NCBI GenBank assembly: GCA_018238625.1
Contig: JABCSY010000104.1
Span: forward strand, 1 to 14,121
Length of the DNA stretch: 14,121 bases
DNA from: Promethearchaeota archaeon
GTDB lineage: Archaea; Asgardarchaeota; Lokiarchaeia; Sigyniarchaeales; SOKP01
Reading direction: 5' to 3'
Below are positions 1-8,514 of this stretch, piece by piece. The position numbers and the translations under genes were made by a program. The notes under the pieces were generated by a model. It did no database searches. It was not told the origin of the DNA and saw only the letters and a program-made list of their open reading frames with translations. The first letter of the stretch is position 1; each line of letters begins with the position of its first letter.

Positions 1-2385
1 AATGATATTCAGATTTTCTAAGGGCCTTCCATCTCCACTAAGAACCCTCACTAAAAAAGGATGGTTTCCAACTTTATATTGACTATCAGGGTTTTCAAGG
101 AACTCTATTAGAACCTGAACTTTATAAACCTCATACGTTCCATTTACATCGAATTTTATGAAATTCCAAAGGGAACTAACATTAAACTCAAAAAATCCCT
201 GGAGAGGAGCACCAAGATCGATATCACCTTCCCAGATTCCTCTACGAGCCCCATTATCAACAACATCAAATCCAAAATTCTTTAATTTTATGTCAGAAGG
301 TTTTAAGTTGTTATTATCAAGTCCAAATCCAATTTTTGAGGTAATATCTGAAGTGATCGTATTCTGTATGTATAAGTTGAGAGTAAACTCATCAATCGAT
401 ACATTGAAATTTTCAAATGTTCCGTTCCCTAAATACCTGAAGCGAATTATAATGGAATTGTCATCGCTAGAATTTATTAATTGGAGCATAATCCAAGTGT
501 ATAATGGTTTCAAAACTTCATTAGTGGTAGTTTCTTCCTTAAATGCTAGAGATTTATTACCTCCACTTAGTTGTAGCCATTCTTCTTCATTTTCTTCATC
601 TGAAAGGAAAGTGTAATTTACATTTCCCTTGTAAATTTCAATTAATGCTAAAGACAAATCGTTTGCATTATCAATACTTACATTAGAACTCGTTCGAAAA
701 TCTATTTGAGGAATATATGGATAAGGATAAAGAGGAGGCACTCTTATACCATAATCAAAGCCCCAATCATAGAAATCAATGTCCCACAACGATAAATCTA
801 CATCCTCAAGAATATTAAATTTAAATTCTATCGATAGATTATTAGTGTCTGCTTGCGCTCTGAAGAATTTGTCATCGTTTAATTTTAAATCGTTCAAATT
901 TAAATCTCCAATGACCGTACCATTTAAAGCGCCTTCATTTAGGTTAGTTGGAAATTCTAATTCTTGAATAAGTGGATCGTAAGGTAAGATTGTGTCATTG
1001 AATAGCAATCTTTCACCAAAATTTACTGTAAAGAAATTAATGGAAACATCAAATTGATTTGTGCCAAGATAATAAAGTTGAAATTCCATTGAATTACTAT
1101 CTGAATAATTAATGAAATGTTCAAGGAAGGTTATTTTTTCGTCGTATTCAAATATTTTATAGCTAATTATTGATTCATTTTCCTGTTTGATATCTACTTT
1201 ATCTGAAATATCGAACCACTGACCGTTTGTAAAGTTTTTTATTGAAAGCATTGTCGTATTAATGTTTATGATATCGCTAATATTTGTAGCTAAATAGAAA
1301 TCTATGCTATTTAGTAATTGGTAGTGAGTTAAACGCCAAACTAATTGCCAGAAAGGAACGTTTGCATACTTATTAACTTCATCCTCATCTAAAATACCAG
1401 ACGATACATTTTTGATGTTAAAATTCATCCCGATTGTCAAGTTCGTCGTATCTGCTCTACAATTATATCTATTATTATCAAAATTTTTAAAGGATTCTAA
1501 ATCTCCTCCTAAGATTGTACTATTTATTGGCCCAATTATTTCATTAACATCATTTATAGTAAAGTTTTCTTTCCATACCTCATTATAAAAAAGATATGTT
1601 TCTCCTTCACCAACTTCATCTGAAGCGCCTCCATCGGGATTAAAATATAGGAATTTCGGTCCTCCTCCGTATACCTGATCATTAGGAGGGATTTTTATTC
1701 TAAATGCAAACCAGTATTTATTAATACCATTTTCATTAGTATAGTATGTTTCCGAAATATTAAGAAACACGGGCCCATTGTCAGAATTTAAAAAATCAAA
1801 ATGTTCCCAATGAGCTGCTATATTAAGAGGATGCGGTATAGAGAGCTCGCCCAAAGTTTTGTTATTGGGAGCTCCTTCGAGAGTACAGTTCACTATAGCG
1901 ACTTCCCACGAATTTTCTTCAGTAAAGTTATATGTATTAACTATATCTTGAATAAACATGCTTATATTATTAACAAATTGGCTTAGTTGAACGGAGAACT
2001 TTTGATATATATAGAGAGGACTTTCCTCAGAACTTGAAATAAATTGAGTAGGATCGACTTCAACTTCTTTTGTGTAATTCATAGCAGTAATATTTTCGAA
2101 ATACATTTTAGCATGTGAAAGATTGTAGTTAGGAATATACACGCTTGGTTGAATGTTTAAATTCGGTTGTTCTCGGTTAATATAGCAATCTGAGCTAATA
2201 CTTGTTACATTTGTAAATATCTTTCCAGTTCGGTTCACCGCCTGAGAATTTAAATCGTTAGTTAAGTATCTTGGATTGAAATTCCCTCTTGAATTAAATT
2301 CGCTTATCAAAACAGTGCTATTAGAGATTATTACTAAGGATAAGATAATTGTTACTGAGTATGGTCTAATTCTGCTAATTTTCAT
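1..2385 (-). CDS. Large secreted/cell-surface glycoprotein (S-layer/adhesin-like, beta-rich); 3'-truncated by the window edge, >=795 aa
   Basis: Hand translation of the minus strand from ATG (cat 2383-2385) gives no stop down to base 1: MKISRIRPYSVTIILSLVIISNSTVLISEF...FLVRVLSGDGRPLENLNII. There is an in-frame TAA upstream at 2428-2430 and AAGGA just before the start. The N-terminus is basic then hydrophobic (signal peptide/anchor). I counted about 30 N-x-S/T sequons. The last residues resemble the start of an Ig-like strand (VxVxxxDGxPLxNxxI). It is absent from the ORF track because it has no stop in the window. Confidence 0.88.
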   Translation of the reverse strand, partial: MKISRIRPYSVTIILSLVIISNSTVLISEFNSRGNFNPRYLTNDLNSQAVNRTGKIFTNVTSISSDCYINREQPNLNIQPSVYIPNYNLSHAKMYFENITAMNYTKEVEVDPTQFISSSEESPLYIYQKFSVQLSQFVNNISMFIQDIVNTYNFTEENSWEVAIVNCTLEGAPNNKTLGELSIPHPLNIAAHWEHFDFLNSDNGPVFLNISETYYTNENGINKYWFAFRIKIPPNDQVYGGGPKFLYFNPDGGASDEVGEGETYLFYNEVWKENFTINDVNEIIGPINSTILGGDLESFKNFDNNRYNCRADTTNLTIGMNFNIKNVSSGILDEDEVNKYANVPFWQLVWRLTHYQLLNSIDFYLATNISDIININTTMLSIKNFTNGQWFDISDKVDIKQENESIISYKIFEYDEKITFLEHFINYSDSNSMEFQLYYLGTNQFDVSINFFTVNFGERLLFNDTILPYDPLIQELEFPTNLNEGALNGTVIGDLNLNDLKLNDDKFFRAQADTNNLSIEFKFNILEDVDLSLWDIDFYDWGFDYGIRVPPLYPYPYIPQIDFRTSSNVSIDNANDLSLALIEIYKGNVNYTFLSDEENEEEWLQLSGGNKSLAFKEETTTNEVLKPLYTWIMLQLINSSDDNSIIIRFRYLGNGTFENFNVSIDEFTLNLYIQNTITSDITSKIGFGLDNNNLKPSDIKLKNFGFDVVDNGARRGIWEGDIDLGAPLQGFFEFNVSSLWNFIKFDVNGTYEVYKVQVLIEFLENPDSQYKVGNHPFLVRVLSGDGRPLENLNII
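373..1524 (-). repeat. Two diverged tandem ~170-185-aa protein domains (starts 200 aa apart) inside the surface protein
   Basis: Copy 1 (from 1524): NSTILGGDLESFKNFDNNRYNCRADTTNLTIGMNFNI..IDF...NIS..W..FINYSDSNSMEFQLYYLG..FDVSINFFTVNF. Copy 2 (from 924): NGTVIGDLNLNDLKLNDDKFFRAQADTNNLSIEFKFNI..IDF...NVS..W..LINSSDDNSIIIRFRYLG..FNVSIDEFTLNL. The similarity is at the protein level. Confidence 0.75.
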
Positions 2386-2564
2386 TATTAGATTCCTTAA
2401 TTTGTTTATAAATATGAAATTTAAATATTATATAATATCAAATGGAAAATCGAGTTTTTAAAATTTAGTTTTCTAACCAAATAGAATATTTTTTTTACTC
2501 TTGTTAACAATCCCTTCTCATTAATCGTATTATTGGAGAGCTTTTAAAGAAATGAATGATTAAA

Positions 2565-2572
2565 TTTATAAT
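2565..2572 (+). promoter_or_regulatory. Putative archaeal TATA box for yhhQ
   Basis: TTTATAAT lies 23-30 nt upstream of GTG 2595, the spacing expected for a leaderless or short-leader transcript. The AT-rich background weakens the call. Confidence 0.4.
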
Positions 2573-2594
2573 ATAAATTGTCAACAAAAACTAA

Positions 2595-3353
2595 GTGATC
2601 AAAATGTGGATTGTATTTCTGCTATGGATTGTTGTTATTTTCATTTCCACGATATTTATTAGTCAATACATCAAAATGCAAAAACGAGAAGATGTGGCTA
2701 TCGCTTTGTTTATCTTATTTATTACTATGTCGCAAATATTAGCCGCAAAGATTGGAGATTTTAGCATAGGAGATTATCAGATCACCGCACCAGTAGCAGT
2801 ACTTATCTTTCCTTTCACATTTCAAATAACGGACATGGTAAATGAAAATTTCGGTCGAAAAAAGACGCACAGAATGATATTTATAGCATTTATCACGCAA
2901 GTTCTAATGGTGTTTTTTATTTGGTTCAGCATTGAAATTCCAGGAGCTCCTTTTTGGGGGTCTGAAGCTCAAAGTTATTGGGTGAGTTTTCTTGGTTCAA
3001 CTATTCGAATAACAATAGCATCTTGGATTTCATTTTTAATAACTGAAAACCTTGACGCATTATTGTTTGCGAAACTTAAAAAAATTACTAAGGGTAAAAA
3101 CCTATGGATAAGAAACGTATTTAGCGACATTCCAACTCTAGCATTAGATAGTATACTTTTTGTATCTATTGCGTTTGGTGGTGTTTTACCGCTAGATATC
3201 GTGTTAGGTATAATCTGGGGTCAAATGCTTACAAAATGGTTTTTTGGTATTATAGATACTCCTTTCATGTATTTATCGCGTGGTATTGTTAATGGAAAAA
3301 TCAATATTCTTGGTAATTTATTTGGGAAAGAAAAAAACGAAATAGTTAAATAA
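2595..3353 (+). CDS. yhhQ: Queuosine/archaeosine precursor (preQ0/preQ1) transporter, YhhQ / VUT family
   Basis: Multi-TM protein with family motifs: SQILAAKI, IFPFTFQITDMVNENFGRKK, RITIASWISFLITENLD, WIRNVFSD..ALDSILFVSIAF, KWFFGIIDTPFMY. The start is GTG 2595 or ATG 2604. Confidence 0.9.
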   Translation: MIKMWIVFLLWIVVIFISTIFISQYIKMQKREDVAIALFILFITMSQILAAKIGDFSIGDYQITAPVAVLIFPFTFQITDMVNENFGRKKTHRMIFIAFITQVLMVFFIWFSIEIPGAPFWGSEAQSYWVSFLGSTIRITIASWISFLITENLDALLFAKLKKITKGKNLWIRNVFSDIPTLALDSILFVSIAFGGVLPLDIVLGIIWGQMLTKWFFGIIDTPFMYLSRGIVNGKINILGNLFGKEKNEIVK

Positions 3354-3360
3354 TTTTTTT
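3354..3360 (+). terminator. Oligo-dT archaeal terminator after yhhQ
   Basis: T7 directly follows the TAA at 3351-3353. Confidence 0.45.
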
Positions 3361-3572
3361 AATTCAAATCTTAATTAGCTCATACTGCTGCTTCAAATTG
3401 CCTAATTGAATTTAGCGTTTCTCAACCCAATATACAATGGTTTTATCCGACAAACTAAATCCCTTTCAATTGTTTGTTTAATAAGTTAATATTATTATAC
3501 TAAAGGAACAATTTTAATCTATTAAAAATTAAATTATTAAATTCTAAAAGTAATAATATTTGGCATAAAATT

Positions 3573-5300
3573 ATGAACGAGAATGAAGGATCATCATATA
3601 ATTTAAATAAGTGTATAGTATTTCTACTTTTTTTAACAATTCTAATTTCTTTATTTGCGTGGATAACATACGGCACGTTGGAAGGAGCGTTAGGTGCTCT
3701 TGCACATACGATTGTTGGATTACTTAATATTTTTCCATGGTTTATACCTTTTGTAGGAATTCCATTAGGGATTTTAGATGTTCTTGGTATTTACGGTTTT
3801 GGGATGTACAACTTAACATTGAATCTTGCTCGTTTGGATTCTAGTTGGATGCCGGTGGTTTGGTATTGGACAATGGCTCTTATTGGAAGTGCTATTGATA
3901 TTATTCTAATGTTTTTCACAATAGGCGGGATAAAACGACTAAAATATAGAAAAAAAGAACCTAAAGCAAATCTAGCGCTTATCAATTGTAATATAATTGA
4001 CGGTAATCTTAAGAGTTCGATAATTAATAAAGGAGTAATATTAATTAAAAATGTTGTAGAAGATGGTGAAACGCCCGGTTTAATTATCGGAGTAGGAAAA
4101 GAAGAAGATATCAAAATTCCAGAAAATTACAATAAAGTAGACTTAAAGGGAGACTATGTTCTACCAGGATTGATTAACGCTCATTGTCATTTAACGGGAA
4201 GCGGAAAACCTATGAAATTGATGAATTTAAGCGATAAAACGCTGGAAAAATTAACCAAATTACTTAAAACGCCCTTAGGCAAAAAAATGCTTAGTAACAT
4301 GATGAAAAATAACGCAAGTAATGCTTTAAATGCGGGCGTGACGACTTTGAGAACGATGAGCGATCCGTTCTACTTAGATCTTAAACTTAGGGACAAAATA
4401 AAAAAAGGAAAGTTAATAGGACCTAGATTAGTTTGTGCTGGAATGGGTATATGTATAACTGGTGGTCACGGTGGAATGATGGCGTATACTGCGGATTCTC
4501 CAACAGAAGTAAAAAAGGCGATAAGAAAAAATTTAAGAAAGGAAGTAGATTTTATTAAAATCCTATCAACTGGAGGCGTTATGGATTCGCGAAAAGTCGG
4601 CGAGGCTGGACGACCTCAAATGACCATAGAAGAGATCGAGACTGCGTGTTTTGAGGCTCATCGGGGTGGATTATTAGTTGCCACTCATTGCGAATCAACT
4701 CACGGCATTAAGGAAGCACTCTTAGGAGGTGTTGACAGCATTGAACATGGTGCTAAAATAACTGATGATTTAGTACCGTTATTTAAAAATAATCCTAAAT
4801 CGCTTCGAGGATTTACTACTTTAACTTCCACTACTTCGGCAGGTATGGGTATGGCTGTACTTTCTAAAGAAGAGACAAAAATAACAGACATAAAAAAAGA
4901 AAATGCTGTTTTAATTGAAGTAGGAATGATCAATGGATTACAGAAAGCATACAAAGAAGGAATTATACTAACAGTTGGTACAGATGCAGCAGTCCCTTAC
5001 GCCACGCATTATAATGTTTGGAAAGAATTAAAGAACTTCTTGAAATACACGGATATGACCGCACAAGAAGCTCTTCATTTCGCCACTAAAGGTAATGCTG
5101 AAAATATTGGTATTGGTGATATAACCGGGAGTATTGAAGTTGGAAAATCAGCTGATATTCAAGTCGTTCCAGGAAATCCCCTAGAGAATATCGATTACTT
5201 AGGACAAGTATCTACTGTTGTAATTAAAGGATATTTAATTATGAATCCAAAAGTTAAAAAAGTTAAGAAATTAAAAGAATTCGAACCAATAGAGCTTTAA
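3573..5300 (+). CDS. Metal-dependent amidohydrolase (Amidohydro_1; prolidase/Xaa-Pro dipeptidase-like subgroup) with an N-terminal ~120-aa multi-TM domain
   Basis: Motifs: LPGLINAHCH (HxH), GVTTLR, TGGHG, DFIKI (carbamylated Lys), ATHCE, SIEHG, VGTDA (catalytic Asp), GSIEVGKSAD. Residues ~14-120 hold 3-4 hydrophobic segments followed by KRLKYRKKEPK. Confidence 0.88.
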   Translation: MNENEGSSYNLNKCIVFLLFLTILISLFAWITYGTLEGALGALAHTIVGLLNIFPWFIPFVGIPLGILDVLGIYGFGMYNLTLNLARLDSSWMPVVWYWTMALIGSAIDIILMFFTIGGIKRLKYRKKEPKANLALINCNIIDGNLKSSIINKGVILIKNVVEDGETPGLIIGVGKEEDIKIPENYNKVDLKGDYVLPGLINAHCHLTGSGKPMKLMNLSDKTLEKLTKLLKTPLGKKMLSNMMKNNASNALNAGVTTLRTMSDPFYLDLKLRDKIKKGKLIGPRLVCAGMGICITGGHGGMMAYTADSPTEVKKAIRKNLRKEVDFIKILSTGGVMDSRKVGEAGRPQMTIEEIETACFEAHRGGLLVATHCESTHGIKEALLGGVDSIEHGAKITDDLVPLFKNNPKSLRGFTTLTSTTSAGMGMAVLSKEETKITDIKKENAVLIEVGMINGLQKAYKEGIILTVGTDAAVPYATHYNVWKELKNFLKYTDMTAQEALHFATKGNAENIGIGDITGSIEVGKSADIQVVPGNPLENIDYLGQVSTVVIKGYLIMNPKVKKVKKLKEFEPIEL

Positions 5301-5305
5301 AAATC

Positions 5306-5337
5306 TTTTTTATTTTATTTTTATCTAATTTCTTTTT
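5306..5337 (+). terminator. T-rich terminator region between convergent genes
   Basis: Several T4-T6 runs follow the stop at 5300, in the 53-bp gap before the convergent gene ending at 5354. Confidence 0.45.
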
Positions 5338-5353
5338 AGTAGATGTTTAATAA

Positions 5354-6238
5354 TTAATTAGATGAAATATTTAATTGATTTTCTTTAAATCCCCACGATT
5401 TTAAAATCTCTCCTGCCTCGTCCATAATGTTTTCGATAAAATCGCCTAAAGGAACGATTTCTTTTTGATGTACTATAGCTGTTGATAATACCCTAGTTGC
5501 TTTTAAATCTCGATGGTACAGTTTTTCATGGTAATCTTCGGAAAGTATGTCCATTTCTAACCACTTCTTCTTCATCTCTTTAGGGACGGGACTTTCAGCT
5601 GTTGTAAGGATTGCTGAACCAAGGCAAACACCCTCAGCTCCCATAGCTAATGCCCCTAAGAAACCACGCGCGTCTCCAATTCCACCAGCGGCAATGATGG
5701 GAACTTTCAGTAATCGTTTTGTCATGGTTATATTTACTAAAGTTGTGTGTTGATAGGGATTTTTAAAACCTGAAGCTTCCATTCCAATTAAAGTAATAGC
5801 GTCAGCTCCCGCTTTTTCAGCCGAAATAGCGTGCCTAATCAAAGCACATTTGTGAAACCAATAGCAATCTGCTTCGTGAATCCTTTTTCCCAAATAAGTA
5901 GCTTGGTAAGCAGAAGTAAAAAAAACTTTCACACCCTCATTAATAGCTATTTCTAAATATTTTAAATAGTCGTCTTTTGATACCTTAACATTAAGAGCTC
6001 TCACGCCCGGAGGTAGCACAGTTAAATTAACACCAAAAGGTTTGTCCGTTAATCCTTTCATTTTACGCAATTCGGATCTAAAATCACCGATCTGGTAATT
6101 CAAGGCAGTAATAACCCCCAGTCCACCAGCATTTGAGAACAATGCGGCAAATTCAGTTTTACCATACCCGGCAAAAGCGGCCATAATTAATGGGTACTTA
6201 GTACCCGTCATTTTATTTATAGAAGTTTTCCAAATCAT
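5354..6238 (-). CDS. Nitronate monooxygenase / FabK-like FMN TIM-barrel oxidoreductase
   Basis: Motifs: KYPLI, SNAGGLGVI, TDKPFGVNL, AEKAGADAI, VPIIAAGGIGDARGFLGALAMGAEGVCLGS, ESP. Confidence 0.85.
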   Translation of the reverse strand: MIWKTSINKMTGTKYPLIMAAFAGYGKTEFAALFSNAGGLGVITALNYQIGDFRSELRKMKGLTDKPFGVNLTVLPPGVRALNVKVSKDDYLKYLEIAINEGVKVFFTSAYQATYLGKRIHEADCYWFHKCALIRHAISAEKAGADAITLIGMEASGFKNPYQHTTLVNITMTKRLLKVPIIAAGGIGDARGFLGALAMGAEGVCLGSAILTTAESPVPKEMKKKWLEMDILSEDYHEKLYHRDLKATRVLSTAIVHQKEIVPLGDFIENIMDEAGEILKSWGFKENQLNISSN

Positions 6239-6247
6239 TTCATACCA

Positions 6248-7105
6248 CTACTCAATGTTTAATATCTTGGTCGCATTAAGCCCCATAATCCTCTTTTTAA
6301 ACCCCTCAGAAATTGAGAGTTCTTTGGCTGCTGGAATTATTTTACTCCAATGAATTAATGGATGATCAGAAGCAAATAGTACTTTATGTTCTATATTATA
6401 TTTAGTGTAAGCGTCCCAAGGAAAATAGGAGTAAAGTTCTGGATGCGCTGAAATGTCAGTATAAACATTAGGATGTCTCAAAACTACAGAGTACGTGTCC
6501 CAAAACCAAGGTGTTCCCATATGCCCAATAATAATCGTTAAATCCTCGTTTCGCGTTGCCATCTCGTCAATTAACATTGGATGACCATATTTTGCAATAG
6601 AGCCTCCAGTACTCACCTGATGGCCACCATGAGTCCATAATGGAATGTTCAAATCAACCATTTTTCGCCAAAGAGGATCGTATTTCTTATCTGAAATGTC
6701 AAACTTCTGAACAGGCGGTACTATTTTAACTCCTTTTAAGCCTAAAGACGAAATTGCGTAATCTAATTGGTCCATGGCATTTGAAGCGGGTGGATCAATG
6801 CCAGCAAAACCAATTAACCTATTCGGATGTAACTTTACGAGATTGGCGACATCGTCGTTTGAAACAAGGATTATATCGTAGGCAGTTTTAACATTAAAAC
6901 TTACTATTACTGCTTTATCAATGTTATACTTGTCCATTGAAGCAATATAGTCGTCAATAGATACACTTTTAGTTAAACTTTTTAGCATTTTGTACATATA
7001 TTTTCTCTTATAGGGGTCTAAGCCATACATTGCACCAGCAATCTTATCAATATCGTCCCAAACAACTTCCTTACAAAACGGATGTACATGCATATCAATA
7101 ATCAA
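6248..7105 (-). CDS. Amidohydrolase_2 family metal-dependent TIM-barrel hydrolase
   Basis: Motifs: IIDMHVH, GLKGVKI, WTHGGH, IIGHMG, NVYTDISA, LFASDHP, GLNA. TTG start with a GTGAGGT SD-like site upstream. It sits 9 bp from the NMO-like gene, so the two are probably co-transcribed. Confidence 0.88.
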   Translation of the reverse strand: MIIDMHVHPFCKEVVWDDIDKIAGAMYGLDPYKRKYMYKMLKSLTKSVSIDDYIASMDKYNIDKAVIVSFNVKTAYDIILVSNDDVANLVKLHPNRLIGFAGIDPPASNAMDQLDYAISSLGLKGVKIVPPVQKFDISDKKYDPLWRKMVDLNIPLWTHGGHQVSTGGSIAKYGHPMLIDEMATRNEDLTIIIGHMGTPWFWDTYSVVLRHPNVYTDISAHPELYSYFPWDAYTKYNIEHKVLFASDHPLIHWSKIIPAAKELSISEGFKKRIMGLNATKILNIE

Positions 7106-7182
7106 TTTATTTACCTCACGAAATTAAAATTAAAATTTTAGATAATCTATACAATAATTTTTACCTAAAAAAATAAGAGAGT

Positions 7183-8514
7183 TTATAAAAAATTATCTAT
7201 AGTTCTTTGATTTTTAACGAAATTTATTAATTTACTGCTCTTTTTCCAATATTTATAGCTAACCATGAAACCTTCCGCCATGCTTTTAAGCGAGTCGTCA
7301 AAATTATCAAGGATTTGCGGATTGTTTAGTTCCATTGCGTTTTTTACAGTCTCTCTGATAACCCAAACACCTAATGGTACTATGTAACCCCCTTGTACTT
7401 CGCGAAAGATTAGAATCCTTGCTTGTCTTCCGATCCGGTATAAATATTCACAAACTTCCTTTCGAGCTGCGTAATAAGCGCCAGTGATATTGCTTGCGTA
7501 ATTCTTTCTCCCCTTATAAAATTCAAAATCAGTCATTATTTGAGGTTTTAAATTGCGAATATTCCCATTGAGAGATATGTTCCACAAAGTATTGGGCGCC
7601 CAAACTTCGTTCATCTCGTACGTGAATTTGCCAGGAAAAAGAAGTATTTTAAAGTGATTATCTAAATAAGTTCTTTCAAAGATACGATAGTCATTTATTT
7701 CCGGAAATCTTTTAATTTCTTTAATTAGTGCTTTAGAGATGATGTCGTCAACAGCGGTTATGCTCCATCGAGTCGGGACAATTCGCCGCTTATTCTTTTC
7801 GCCTAACAAACCAGCTGAAAAAACCCTTTTAATTGTTGATTCTGGGACGCGTCCTTTAAAATAGAGGTATTTTGATACTGCTTCCGTTGCTTTTAAGTCG
7901 GTATCTGCAACGCAATAATCTACTTTTGGATGGACTTTTGTATTCTCTGTGATTCTTATTTTCTCAGTCATACCAGTAGGCCCCATAGGTAACGCGTGAT
8001 TATCCATCAGCATTCTTAAATTCATTTTTGGTAGCTTTGTTTCCGTATCTACAGGACGAGCTGCCATCGATAATTCTTGAGAAGTTTCGAGCAATTTTTG
8101 TGCCTTCATGGGGAGCGGGTTTTTACGGCTCCTTTTGCCAATATTGACGTTAATCTTAAAATTATTTCTTACCAAACTACTTCTATATCCTATGACATCA
8201 ACTATACTTTTTCCAAACCACAGTTCTGGAGCGTCTAAAATGTGGTAATCCGAAATTTTTTGATCTATTTCAAATTTTTGGAAAGGAACCAATGGTCCTA
8301 GATACACATTAGGATAATTGAAATGACCGACGAAAAATCCCGGAGGGCTAGGTCCAGAAAGCTCTACATTTCGTAATGTTTTATCAAATTCAAATGGGAC
8401 AAGTGATTTCAAGACAGATTTCTTTAATAAGATTGGGCATGTTTTCTTACCACATAATAATCTCGCTCCTTTACAGCGCAAGCAGATGTTTTTTTCAGTT
8501 GGGGGTCGAACCAA
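7183..8514 (-). CDS. nreA: Archaeal DNA repair protein Nre (NreA family) with C-terminal PIP box
   Basis: N-terminal CLRCKGARLLCGKKTCP, GPSPPGFFVGHFNYPNV, RRIVPTRWSITAVDD, GAYYAAR, PLGVWVIRE, and C-terminal QRTIDNFL matching the PCNA-interacting consensus Qxx[LIM]xxFF. TTG start. Confidence 0.93.
   Translation of the reverse strand: MVRPPTEKNICLRCKGARLLCGKKTCPILLKKSVLKSLVPFEFDKTLRNVELSGPSPPGFFVGHFNYPNVYLGPLVPFQKFEIDQKISDYHILDAPELWFGKSIVDVIGYRSSLVRNNFKINVNIGKRSRKNPLPMKAQKLLETSQELSMAARPVDTETKLPKMNLRMLMDNHALPMGPTGMTEKIRITENTKVHPKVDYCVADTDLKATEAVSKYLYFKGRVPESTIKRVFSAGLLGEKNKRRIVPTRWSITAVDDIISKALIKEIKRFPEINDYRIFERTYLDNHFKILLFPGKFTYEMNEVWAPNTLWNISLNGNIRNLKPQIMTDFEFYKGRKNYASNITGAYYAARKEVCEYLYRIGRQARILIFREVQGGYIVPLGVWVIRETVKNAMELNNPQILDNFDDSLKSMAEGFMVSYKYWKKSSKLINFVKNQRTIDNFL

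Noticed and set aside
158-2461. Plus-strand ORFs 158-616, 779-967, 1801-1986 and 2276-2461
   Set aside because: They are antisense shadows of the long minus-strand surface-protein gene and have no recognisable motifs.
2462-2594. preQ1 riboswitch upstream of yhhQ
   Set aside because: I could not find the preQ1-I stem with GGUUC/CCC pairing and its A-rich tail. The TATA position suggests little or no leader.
3361-3480. Possible decayed gene between yhhQ and the amidohydrolase (minus frame KGFSLSDKTIVYWVEKR*IQLGNLKQQYELIKI), and a 10-bp TTGCCTAATT match to 8710-8719
   Set aside because: I recognise no family in the peptide, and the shared 10-mer is plausible by chance.
3791-5753. ORFs 3791-4114(-), 4700-4954(-) and 5547-5753(+)
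   Set aside because: They lie antisense within well-supported genes.
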